Positions 1-11,662 of a stretch of 64,000 nucleotides of DNA are shown here, one piece after another. Positions within the stretch are counted from its first letter, which is position 1. The number at the start of each line of letters is the position of its first letter. The notes below the pieces were generated by a model. It was given only the letters and a program-made list of their open reading frames with translations. It ran no database searches and was not told where the DNA came from. Source of the stretch: Azolla caroliniana (taxonomy: Eukaryota; Plantae; Polypodiophyta). The position numbers and the translations under genes are program-made. The stretch lies in assembly GCA_043228905.1 (NCBI GenBank), contig JBHGNT010000007.1, forward strand, positions 17,546,001-17,610,000, given 5' to 3'.

Positions 1-30
1 GACCCTCAGTTATACCAGCATCAGATTCAC

Positions 31-2811
31 TTGAGCAAGGACGCAAAACCAGTGGCACAAAGACGGTACCGGATGAATCCCAATTATGCTGCCAAAGTCA
101 AGGAGGAAATCGACAAACTGTTAAGAATTGGCTTTATCCGTCCGGTAAAGAAAGTGACATGGCTAAGCCCGATTGTAGTCGTACCGAAGAAGAACGGAAA
201 AATTCGAGTTTGTGTGGACTACCGGAAACTCAATGCGGCTACAATAACGGATGCGTTTCCACTTCCGTTCATAGATGGAGTGTTGGATGTCGTCGCCGGC
301 CATGAGGTTTATAGATTTCTAGACGGATTCAGTGGGTATAATCAGATCCGGATGCACCCCGACGACCAAGAGAAAACGGCTTTCGTCACCGAATGGGGGG
401 TGTTTGTGGCCGTGGTGATGATGTTCAGACTCAAAACGGCACCGGCAACATTTCAACGAATCATCATGGAAATATTTGGTGAATATATCTTGGCTTTTAT
501 GCAAGTTTTCCTTGACGATTTCGCCATCTATAGCCGGGAGGAGGACCATTTTCAGCACCTCCGTCTTTGTCTAGAAAAGTGTAGAGCGTACCGGCTAAGC
601 TTGAATCCGGCGAAGTGTGTATTTGGCGTGTCCAGTGGAACCTTACTAGGACATATTGTGAGCCAGGAAGGCATTGCAGTCGACCCAGACAAAGTGAAAG
701 CCATATTAGAAGCACCGATGCCGGCAACGACAAAGGCATTGAGCCGGTTCTTAGGCCAGATCCGGTGGCACAGCCGGATGCTCCGATACTTGGCCGACCT
801 GGCTACACCGTTGCATGTCGTCATACATCGGACACCATTCCGGTGGACCGACACCGAGGATAGGGCGTATAGGGCCCTCAAGGTACTATTGTCGCAAGCA
901 CCGGTAGTGCAGCCTCCGGATTGGAGTAAAGAATTTCATGTGTTCGTGGACGCCTTCGACATCGCAATCGGAAGTGTACTGATGCAGCTTACGGAGCCAA
1001 AGTGGTACCGGCCAGTGTACTATGCCAGTCGAAAGCTATCCCAAGCGGAACGGAACTATTCTACCACGGAACGGGAAGCTCTAGGGATGATCTACAGTGT
1101 GACAAAGTTTCGGCATTATTTATTGGGAAGGAAGTTTTCCTTTCATGTAGATCATTCGGCACTCCTCTACCTGGTGTCCAAGGCGTCACTCACCGGTAAG
1201 TTATCCCGGTGGACCTTACTGTTACAGGAATTCGAGTTCAAAATATTCCATCGACCCGGTATACAGCATGCCGTAGCGGATTATTTAAGCCGATTAGAGT
1301 CCGGAGAGACGGGCGACGGAGTAGCGGACGAGTTTCCGGATGCAGAGCTGTTTCGAGTCACTACAGAAACTGCAGCAGATGAATCGGTGGCACAAGAAGA
1401 CAAGTGGCTCACAAACATGCACCAGTTTCTGAGCACAGGACTGCCTCCGGAGGAGATGAACCAGGACGAAAGGAAACGCCTGGCGGTGCAAAGCCGACAT
1501 TTCTGCTTACTGCAAGACACACTTTACCACAAGGGCGCGGACGGCATATGGAGACGGGTTGTGTGCAGCGATGAAAAGGACCTCATACTGAGGGAAGCCC
1601 ACTGCGGAGTTGCCGGAGGTCACTATGCCAGAGGTGCGATGGCCAGGAAAATATGGCAAAGTGGCCTATGGTGGCCAACTACATTAAGAGATGTTGTACG
1701 GTACGCAAAAGAATGTGACCTATGCCAACGAATGGGCCAGCCAACGGAGCAGGCTCGAATGCCACACCAGCCTGTACTACCACTCGAACCATTCCAGAAG
1801 TGGGGGCTGGACTTTGTTGGACCGTTCAAACCACCGGCAATGAGAATAGGTAATCGGTACGTCATCGTCGCGACGGATTACTGCACGAAATGGGTGGAGG
1901 CCAAAGCCTTAAGAGACAACACCGATGCGTCAAAGGCAAAATTTCTATACGAATACATCTAGTGCCGTTACGGATGCCCAATCAAATTAATAAGCGACCA
2001 AGGGGGGCACTTTCTCGGCCAAGTAGTTGAAAGCCTGACGACATTCTATGCCGTTGTCCATAAACGGAGCACACCGTACTATCCGCAAGCAAACGGGTTA
2101 GCTGAGTCGACGAACAAAACACTCCAGAATATCCTCCGGAAGATCGTCAACGAAAACTGAATGGATTGGGATACCAAGCTACATAGCGCGCTTTGGGCAT
2201 ACTGGACAGCATATAAAACGAGCATCCGAGCAACACCGTTCCGGTTAGCGTTCGGACAAGAGGCGGTAATGCCGGTGGAATTCCAAGTACCCAGCTTACG
2301 GATCCAGCTACGAGAACGGCTAAACGAGAAGGAGTCAGAGGCAATACGTTTAACAGCGTTGTGTGAACTCGAGGAACAACAATTGGCAAGCATCCTGCAC
2401 TTAGAATTGGAACAACGGCGACGGAAAGCATTTGTCGACCGGCACAGGAAAGGAAATGAAAAAATGTTCGCAATCGGCAAGCCGGTGTTAGTATTTCAAA
2501 CCCGGATGGGCAAGATGCCGGGAAAACTACGGTTTAGATGGACCGGCCCGTATTGGCTGACACGTGAGTATAATGGGTCCTACCAGTTAGGGACACTTGC
2601 CATCGAAGTGCAAGGCAAATGGGTCAACGGATTCCGATTGAAGCCATATAGAAGACCGATGCCCAAGAACCCATTTGAGCAAAGGACCGACACCGGTGCA
2701 GAAACGGCAACCTATGAGGGAAACAGCAACCACCAAGAAGGCAAAGACGGCGAGCCGGTAACTGGGGAGAATAAGGCTGGTAAGGGTCTGATAGGACCAA
2801 CGGACAAGTAA
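31..2811 (+). pseudogene. Gypsy pol (RT, RNase H, integrase) with two in-frame stops
   Basis: RT motifs [21 protein letters not shown] and VFLDD; RNase H motifs FVDA and NYSTTERE; integrase HHCC (H...H...C..C), WGLDFVGP and GPY/VNGFRLKPY. ORFs 31-1962 and 2161-2811 share one frame, broken by TAG at 1960-1962 and TGA at 2158-2160. Confidence 0.95.
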
Positions 2812-3190
2812 CCTCACACTACATTTATTAAAATAAAATAAAAATTTTAAAAAAGCGAAGTAATCATGCAAAAGCGAGGTATGAATGGACGAGAGAGTGA
2901 GGAGCGAAAAGGTACGTAGTGGGCATTTAAGCGCCACCACAGGACATAATGCTATTTTAGTACACGACGTGCACACACTCGAAAAAGGCGCCAAAATGCA
3001 CAGAGAAAAACCACTGCGCGTGGAGACCCTCTACTTTCACGAACCCAAGAGCACAGAAGCACCAAGGCGCTGGAAGATCATCAGACGAGAACCTACGCAC
3101 AGAGAACCCCCACTTTCTAAACTCTCTCAATCTCAATCTCACTCTCATCACCATCCAACCTCACCACCACAATCCGACCTCGACGCAGAC

Positions 3191-5749
3191 ATGGACCCGC
3201 AAATGTTGTTGGAAGCCACCAAGAAATGGCTAAAGCAACACTGGCTCGAGGGCTTCTTGACGATTATGGAGGTACCGCCACACAAAGAAGCCAACAAGGT
3301 GATCAAAGAAATCGACACAGAGGTCCTAATAGCGGAGGCGATCCATGCGTTAACAGGCCTTCCGGAGGGAGGCATACTCACGATTGACAATCCGACCTCG
3401 GAGCAACTCATCAAGTATTTTGGTGAGTACTCCCTAGCCAGCAAGGGCTACCGGACACAGGGCGGCGAAGATATGTTGTTCCACGAGATTGCTCATGTGC
3501 TCCACGAATACGATCACGTGTACCCTAGACCCCCTGTCATGCCGCAGAACCGGGCAGGGATGATCATCGCCACCTATGAAGGGATCAAGGCCACTAAGGG
3601 GAAGGCGGTGGACGCAGAACAGGCGGGAAAGGAGAGCGCCAGCCGGAAGCGGCCAACGGATGCGCAGGAGGAACCACCGGTACGGCCCGTAAAGGTTACA
3701 CTCCGCCGACCGGTGAACAGAGAAGCGGACCCCTTGGCGGCAAAACTCAATACCGGGACTCAAGAAGAGGAAATAGAGGAGGAGCCTACGGAGCACCTCC
3801 AGCGACGGTCGTCGGCAAGGACCGTTGAGGCAGCCGGGAAACGTTCGGACCCTCAGACGGAGGGAACACCAACTCCCCATACTGAGACTCCCACGCCAAG
3901 GGAGGAACCGGAACCGGTGCGCATGACACCGGAATTAGAAGCCCCTGCACCACCGGCAGCACCAGCAAGTCCCATTCCGCCAGAGCCGAAAAGGTAGATG
4001 CAGCCTCCCTCGGCCAACCAAGAAGAAGCGCAAGGGGAACCAGGACAGCCAGATGGTCCACGGCCAGAAACGGAATTGCAACTCGGTGCAATCAGGCGGG
4101 ACCACCCATCCACAAGCGAGCCCATCTGTCAAACCTCCGTGCAAGCACAACAACAATGCACCGGTAGCCTGTGGCTCCGGTGGATAGGCGAACAGATTGC
4201 CTGAGCAGTGGGGTATATTGAGGCTGAAGAAAGAGCGCAAAGCGAACGGTTGCTCGTCACAACCGAACAACTAGAGACGGCCCGGTCCAGAATCCGGTGC
4301 CTTGAAAAAGACTTGGATCAGGTCACGGCAGAAATGGCCAAAATGGCCTTAACGGCAACACAAATCCAATCATCGGTGACTCCGGTAAGTGTACAGGATA
4401 AAGAACCAGACCAACCTGTACATACTAATAAGACCCCAGCAACGGAAACCGTCCCAGAGAGAGATGCGGCGCAAGCCCAGGAGCTTGCGGAATTGAGAGA
4501 TGAACTTGCCGCACAAGAAGCGCTAAGGAGCCGTGAACGGGAATTGACGACAGCGGCCGAAGCCGAATTAAAGAAGACTGCTGAGAACCTCTGCCGGGCA
4601 GAGGAGAGCCTCCGGAAAGGCCATCAAGCTTACGACCGGCTAAGGGAGGAAAAAGACAAAGTGTTGCAGGAAAAGGACAAGCTGCGGAAGACGGCTGAAA
4701 CGGAAATTGAACGGCTAAAGGAGGAGCTCCGCCAGCAGAAGGACCGTGAGGACCGGGCCCGTCGACAGATCAACGCACGGCTCAAGCAAAAGACAGATGA
4801 TTTTGAGCACCTGCACCGGGACTACAAACGGCTAGAAACGGAGCATAAGGAACGGGTGGCTGAGCTCCAGCAGGAAGTTGATCAGGCGGCGACGGCGCTT
4901 GCCGACGAACGAGCGGAAAATACAAGACGGTTGGATGAGGCGGAGAAGGTTCGGATGGAGCTCCAGAGGTAGCAGCAGGAAGAAAAGGAGAGAGCGTCAA
5001 CGGTATTGCAAAAATTACAAAGCACATATCAAAGGCAATTGACGCATTACAAGGAGTAGGCGGAAGACAACGTCAAAATCATTAAGCAATTGAAGGAGGA
5101 ACGACAAGCTACGGAGATCAAATCGCAGATGGGAACGGGCCGGATTCAGTGCATCCTCCGAGCATGGCTGAATCAAACAAAACGCTTGATTGACGAAAGC
5201 TCCGTAAGATGGTGGACAAAGTGGGCACAAAATACGGCGGAACTCCAATTGCTACGAGCAGACGTGGCAAACCGGCGGAAGGAAGGAGATGATTGTTACA
5301 CGTTGACTTCCGAGGACTTCACCGCCATACGGGACGAGCTGGCTGAAGACTTCCAAGTCCTGGCAGATGAACAGCTGGTGCAGGTCCGACAACTCGTAGC
5401 TCAGCTAGACGATGATAGGCTGGACGCTCAAATCCAGTTTGAAAGCTACGAGCAGTCCCGGGTTCGGTAAGAAAAAGCACGGGAAGCGGCAACGGTTAAC
5501 CTTAGTGATGAGGAACCGTCGCCGGCCGAGGGCCAGGCCGGAACCAGTCAACCGGAGACCACTACGACGGAGGGAGCAACGATAGAAACGTCGGTGTCAG
5601 AGCAACCAACGGAGGAGAAGCCGCAGCAGCCACCAAAGGACCAGTCGCAGCAGCCATCAACGGAGCAGCAACAACAACAACAACCAATTCCAGATGAACC
5701 ATTGGAGACTCTTGAACAAAGCATTCTGGATATTTTGGACGAAGAATAG
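3191..5749 (+). pseudogene. Extra retrotransposon ORF 3' of pol (env-position), about 850 codons, coiled-coil rich, five in-frame stops
   Basis: ORF-track pieces starting at 2885, 3998, 4208 and 5090 are all in one frame. Stops at 3995, 4202, 4970, 5057 and 5468; terminal TAG at 5747-5749. Start ATG at 3191 is inferred (frame is open from 2885). Confidence 0.75.
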
Positions 5750-6475
5750 CAAGGGTCGGATGGTGGATTCGACGTACAAGGTACTGTCCCACGGGCGTGC
5801 CATGTGTTACTGGCCAGCAAAGGAGTCTAGAGTGTGAAACGGAGGAGTTATTTAATTATTAGGAATGGTTTGCAAACCGGCGGAAGGTAGGAGATGATTG
5901 TTACACGTTGACTTCCGAGGACTTCACCGCCATACGGGACGAGCTGGCTGAAGACTTCCGAGTCCTGGCAGATGAACAGCTGGTGCAGGTCCGACAACTC
6001 GTAGCTCAGCTAGACGATGATATGCTGGACGCTCAAATCCAGTTTGAAAGCTACGAGCGGTCGCGGGTTCGGGAAGAAAAAGCACGGGAAGCGGCAACGG
6101 TTAACCTTAGTGATGAGGAACCGTCGCCGGCCGAGGGCCAGGCCGGAACCAGTCAACCGGAGACCACTACGACGGAGGGAGCAACGATAGAAACGTCGGT
6201 GTCAGAGCAACCAACGGAGGAGAAGCCGCAGCAGCCACCAAAGGACCAGTCGCAGCAGCCATCAACGGAGCAGCAACAACAACAACAACCAACTCCAGAT
6301 GAACTATTGGAGACTCTTGAACAAAGCATTCTGGATATTTTGGACGAAGAATAGCAAGGGTCGGATGGTGGATTCGACGTACAAGGTACTGTCCCACGGG
6401 CGTGCCATGTGTTACTGGCCAGCAAAGGAGTCTAGAGTGTGAAACGGAGGAGTTATTTAATTATTAAGAATGGTT
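5267..6475 (+). repeat. Direct tandem duplication, 605-bp period (5267-5870 and 5872-6475)
   Basis: Near-identical copies with about 9 substitutions counted by eye. Each copy holds the ORF end, the PPT and the LTR start. Confidence 0.95.
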
Positions 6476-6843
6476 GTAAGTAAGCTATGAGTGTGGACGG
6501 ACGGACCGGAATCGGTATGCCGTTCCGAATCCGAACCGATCCCGAACAGGTGCGGATGGCACCGTTTTGTACTACAGACCGGAAACCTATTTAAAGGCCC
6601 GGTTACAATGTAATGAGCAGCAGATAATTAATAAAGATTAGTGTTTTTATATCTCTGTGTTAATTGTCGTTCTGCATTCATTGTTATATCTTACGCGTGT
6701 GATTGTTAAGGACGATCTTGCTAAGTAACCTAATTAAGTCGGATTAATCGTTGATCTTAATCCTCTTGCCGTAACACCCCTTTGGTGAAGTGTCTTCTGT
6801 AGACACCTTGTGTTAGGCCATTGTCCGGCCCTAAGAGTTAACA
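6438..6843 (+). mobile_element. Putative 3' LTR (about 406 bp)
   Basis: Begins TGTGAA after the purine-rich AAAGGAGTCTAGAG, contains the TATA-like CCTATTTAAAGG at about 6586, and ends TTAACA before a CT-rich tract. The 5' LTR is not available to confirm this. Confidence 0.65.
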
Positions 6844-6959
6844 TTTCTCTCTCTATCTCTCATGTCAGTGTAGTCTCCCTCTCCCTCTCTCTCTCTCCCT
6901 CTCTCAAGTTTCTAACTAATTTCTAACTTTGAAGTTTTTCTTTAACCTAACTAGTAAAC

Positions 6960-7176
6960 CACATAACCGTCTTAACCGGTTTGAGCCGGTTTGGCAAGGC
7001 TCAAGGCAAGCCAAACTGAGCTCAAACCGTTTAGTCAAGCTCAAGCCTGAGCCAAGCCGCTAAGCCGTTTAAAACCGGTTTAGTTCAATGGTTTAGGCTT
7101 GAGCCGAGTCGCTAAGCCGTTTAAAATCGGTTTAGTTCAATGGTTTAGGCTTGAGCCAAGCCATTGCCGATCCCTA
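6960..7176. mobile_element. MITE/hAT-like terminal fragment with AACCG/AAGCCG subterminal repeats
   Basis: Dense AACCGG/GAGCC motifs and an internal 52-bp tandem duplication. Ends CCATTGCCGATCCCTA (reverse complement TAGGGATCGGCAATGG, resembling hAT TAGGGAT termini). Confidence 0.55.
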
Positions 7177-7849
7177 AATATAAATACTTACACACATAGA
7201 TGTTTTCGTATATTTATATCACACATTAATATACATACACCCTGACATATATCAACCCGTATATCTTTTTTATACATGCATTTGCACACACATACATATG
7301 TACACATATATGTAACACATTTATATATAAATACTTATTTCGGGGCATAAGTAAGCATGATATACAAGCAAAAACCTACATTTATATAAAATTACATATA
7401 AAACCACACATGTGTGTGCGCACGCGCATGTACACATGCAAATACTTCAACACATTAGTATATGCATTCTCATTCACATTCAAGCACACATACGCAATAA
7501 AAAATGCATATGTACGCTCATACACTAACGTGGAGATATACACACATGCACACAAGCACATCTGTAAATTATTGAAGTACACACAAGTTCGTATACTCAT
7601 AAACACCTATTCGCACAAATTTGCTAAATTGAGGTTCGTACAAAGCCTTAGCGAGGAGTCAATGCCAACACGATTGAACATACCAAGAGAGCTTACACCC
7701 ACATACAACAAACATTTAAATGGAATAGCATATTCAACAAATCTTTATCAAACCCATCTTCCATGTTTAGGTCTTGGCTAGTTATCAAACCCTTCACCCA
7801 TGAATTAGCAATTGTTATCTCTTAATGATTAAGCTATATTTGATTGTTC

Positions 7850-8634
7850 TTTTTTCTATTTTAGTCAATGACCACATTTTCAGACTTCATCATCAAGCTT
7901 CAGGATATCCTCAATGATGTAATCTACAACAATGACTCTAAATATCTTTCATCTATGGAAATTTCTTCTCAGAGTTTGTTAGTGTGAAGATCAAACTCTC
8001 CACAAGCTTCCTTGACATATAAACATTTAAATTGTTGGGTGAATGAACTTGGGAGTGGTAAATGTGTTGTATATCAACTATTAATGTGGGATAACAAGAC
8101 CGAAAAGCTCCCTCCTTGCTCCGACATCCAAAGGAAATGTTGTTGTCTAGAGGACCTTGATACCACCCAATACAACACAAATGTCGTTGTTACAAGTGAC
8201 TACTAATCTTTTGTATCATTGCTCTCTTGAGTCTCTTGGATGGCTATCATCTAAGGCTGAAGAAGAATGGAAAATACACAAATCTGATCATATGGGTGGT
8301 GGCTGATCTTACAATGTAGTTGGCATTCTAAATTGCCACCTGTAGCAGAGGTCTTCATTTGGAGAGTTCGGATTGGTGGATTCGCCTCTGGGATTAGCTC
8401 TAAAGCGTCGTGGACTAGGAATCGGGTAAATTGCTTCTTTTGCATTGTTCAAATGGGAGGTAGTAGTGCTCATCGATTTATACAATGTCCGATTACTTGT
8501 CAGATTTGGAGTTACATTTCTCAAATTTGGCAAGTTTTATCACGATTATTATTTGATACCTAGAAGATAATGGGTGTTTTGAACCCAAGACATAGTGGCC
8601 TCTAGTAAAGCAACTTACCAATAGGGTAAGCTAA

Positions 8635-8678
<44 letters not shown>

Positions 8679-9800
8679 CAATCATAGTACGTAATATACT
8701 CGAATGCATTAGCAAACATTCCTTTTCATACGAATGCGTATGTTATAAAAACATTCTTGTGGCTTTTTTTTTTTTACATTTTTTACCTTTAACTTTCTTA
8801 GGTTAAGAACATTTACCTTATAATAAATAATGGATACAAAACTATTGGTATTTTCCCATACTTTGGGGGTGTTTACCATGCTCGAATGAGTGAAACATTC
8901 GCGAATGCGAATGCACGTATGGTTCATACTATGGTACTTCCCCCATACAATCAATGACTTCAATCTCTTGACCCCACCCAACAAATTGCTTCTTCTTCTT
9001 CTTCTTCTTCTTCTTCCTTCTGTTTTTCCTTCAGCAGAAGAAGTTCTTCTTCTTCTGATCAAATCTCTCCTTCTCAGAGGAGACTATTTCCAGGTACTAT
9101 CTCTCTCTCTCGCTGTGGTTTTCTGTATTTTCTGTTTCTGCATTTCTCCTGCTGTTTCTGCCTCAATTTCGATATTGCTATGCCGTCCAATGTTCCGTTT
9201 TCTGTTCCTTGGATCTTTCCTCCTATCTTACTCATTTCTCAACAGATCTGGTTTCGTTTCTTCTTCTTCTTCTTCTTTCTTTTTGCAATCGCTGCTTTAG
9301 GTTTTCTTCCACTTTTCTTCCTCCTGTCGTTTTTCCATTTCTTTCTTTCTTATCTGCTTCCGTGGGTTTTAGTCTGATCTTCGAGGGTATTGGATCCGTT
9401 TGGACGTTGTTTTGTTAAATACTCGTATTTTAGCTTTCATCAATTTGGAATCTCTTGCATACCGATTTCTCGATCTGTTCTTTTCTTTCAAGACGTTCAT
9501 TGGGATGCTTATTTATACTGTTTGGAGTATGAACTGTTGTTTTCTTTCCAGAAATTCATTTTTTAATGCTAATTTTACTCTGATCTGTGCATCCACGACA
9601 TCCATTTTCTGCGTTTCTTGTGCTTTTCTATGCTCTTCTGTTGCAGTCGTAAGCTTATCTGTGTGGTCATGGTTCACGAAATCCATTCTTTGTTTAGCTT
9701 TGGTTTTGTTCGTATCGATCAATTTCAGTCTGTCTTTTTTGCTAGTTATTGTCTGTTATTTTATTTCTTATGCTTTTGGATGATATACTAGTTTTAGACT
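7850..9800 (-). mobile_element. Highly degenerate LTR-retrotransposon gag-like remnant
   Basis: Minus-strand broken zinc-knuckle-like segments (QI*QVIGHCINR near 8480-8510; CQLHCKISHHPYDQIC near 8280-8330) and a charged coiled-coil fragment at 9513-9722. Many stops. Confidence 0.3.
8638..8675. repeat. (GA)n microsatellite
   Basis: Direct reading. Confidence 0.95.
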
Positions 9801-10731
9801 GATGTGTGATCTCCTTACTTTTCATTACCCTGGTCTGTGCTTTCATGGCATCCTTTTTCGGCTCACCTTTTGCTTTCAGATGCTAATTTTAGGCAGATAG
9901 ATGTACTTCCATCACATCCCTTTTTTGTTTTCCTTCTTCTTTTGGTATGCTTTTCTATTCTAACATCAATCTATTATATGATTTCCTATTTGTCCTTGAT
10001 TTTGACTGTTTTACTATGGTTTTATGGCATCTACTTGCTCTCCTCCTTTGCTTCCGGATTCTGTTTTTAGATTGATGTTTGCTTCCATATCATCTGTTTT
10101 CTGTCCGCCTTCATGTTTGGATGCTATATATTTGCATAGAATCCGTGTTCGGTTATCTTTTTCTTTAGATTCTAATTGTAGCCTGATAGATGTTCTTTCA
10201 TGGCACCCTTTTCCTGTTTGATTTTGCTTTTAAATGCTATTTTTTGTCTGATAGATGTATTTTTGTAGCATCCACGTTCTGTTGCCTTCAATTTAGGATG
10301 CTACTTCTAGACATTTCTGTGCTTGTTTGGTATCCCATCTTCTGTATGCCTTTCCTTTTGGACTCTAATGTCAAGGTTGTGGAAATTTGGCCCACCATGG
10401 ATGGTTGTGTTTATGTATACATGTTACATGTGTATGGTCATGTTGTTGACTCGTATGGTCATATATTGTGTTTCTTCTGCTGACGTACTAGATTCATTCC
10501 TGAAGATGTTCGTGTTTCTTGTGTGTATGGGTATGTGCTTTTATGTTAGTGTTTGTGCTGAAGCAAGAAAAAGCTAAAGCCAGTTTAGCAGCGAAGTAAG
10601 CCAAAATGCTAAGAATAAAAAACAATGTTTTTTTAAATCTCAGTAAAGAGGAGGAGCGTTTTGGTTGTGAGAAATCTGATGGTAGGAGAGATGGTCTAAT
10701 CAGAAGTGGAGAAGGAACAAAACAGTTGAAA

Positions 10732-10975
10732 TAAAGAAGCAACAAACAGGCAATAGAGATGGAGATTAACATCCACTAGAGGCCAAACTGGTGTATGAGA
10801 CAAATCAGGGCTTTAAATATGGGTGAATTCATATCATCCATATAATTTAAATATGGGTAAAGAAGCAACAAACAGGCAATAGAGATGGAGATTAACATCC
10901 ACTAGAGGCCAAACTGGTGTATGAGACAAATCAGGGCTTTAAATATGGGTGAATTCATATCATCCATATAATTTA
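10732..10975. repeat. Tandem duplication, 126-bp period
   Basis: TAAAGAAGCAACAAACAGGC...CATATAATTTA at 10732 and 10858, identical by eye. Confidence 0.92.
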
Positions 10976-10979
10976 TGGC

Positions 10980-11662
10980 CAGATGGTGTTGGACCTAGAT
11001 AGATAGATATTTTTAGCATCCATAGGGAGGCCAATATTGACCCATGGGACCTAAGTTCAAAAGTTATCTTGATGTGTGTCTCCTTCCTGAGAAGGGATAT
11101 TCATACTTTGAAGCACCAAATCTCGATGTGTGAATAAGGCATACACATATGAGCCCAACCTTCTAGGTGTTCTCTTCAGTGTGACACTCAAGTCATCACC
11201 CGCTCTTAATATATCATCATAGATTTCATGAATTGCACTATATGCAGAGCATGTAAAAAGCAAGTGATACTCATCCTCTACTAGCCCTTCCTTGCATATC
11301 TTACATGCCTTTATATTTGTCTGATTCTGATTCCATAATGCAACTTCAATACCTACGTTGTGTGATCGAGTGCAAAGGAGTTTTAGGGCTCTACGAGAGT
11401 TAATATTCATGTTATAATGAGGTAAGGTTGAATACGATCAATAGGCCTTCTTGCCTTATATAGAACCCAACATTCAGGATTAAAAAAAGGATTTGAGCCC
11501 TTGACCTTACAATACATGTGTCAAAGCCTTACCATTGGGATACTTATTATGATACCTAGTGAATCTAATGGTGATTCTAATGCTATTATCTCTAGCAATG
11601 ATGATACTCAAGGATTCACTGTAGAGCAAGTTCATATTATTCAAACCAATGGCTATTACTAG
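10980..11662 (+). pseudogene. Short duplicated fragment of the adjacent DnaJ CDS, split by a retro-insertion
   Basis: 10980-10998 (CAGATGGTGTTGGACCTAG) plus 11554-11662 (ACCTAGTGAATCTAATGG...GGATTCACTGTAGAGCAAGTT) align collinearly to DnaJ 12573-12697. Confidence 0.85.
10999..11553 (-). mobile_element. Retro-insertion: tRNA-like head + T7 + LINE 3' end + (TATC)n tail, TSD ACCTAG
   Basis: Minus strand reads A-box-like TCCCAATGGTAAGG, B-box-like GGCTCAAATCC, TTTTTTT, then a LINE C-terminal CCHC segment (CKIC...EDEYHLLFTC, ORF 11057-11410) and a tandem tail. ACCTAG at 10993-10998 and 11554-11559. Confidence 0.8.

Larger units (their letters stand above)
1..6843 (+). mobile_element. Ty3/Gypsy LTR retrotransposon, non-chromovirus (Athila-like), 3' portion; 5' end outside window
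   Basis: Domain order RT-RNaseH-INT; no chromodomain; long extra ORF after pol; purine-rich tract followed by a TG...CA LTR-like segment. Confidence 0.93.

Noticed and set aside
11489-11553. Intact tRNA gene
   Set aside because: A/B-box-like motifs are present, but I cannot fold a complete cloverleaf; treated as tRNA-derived.
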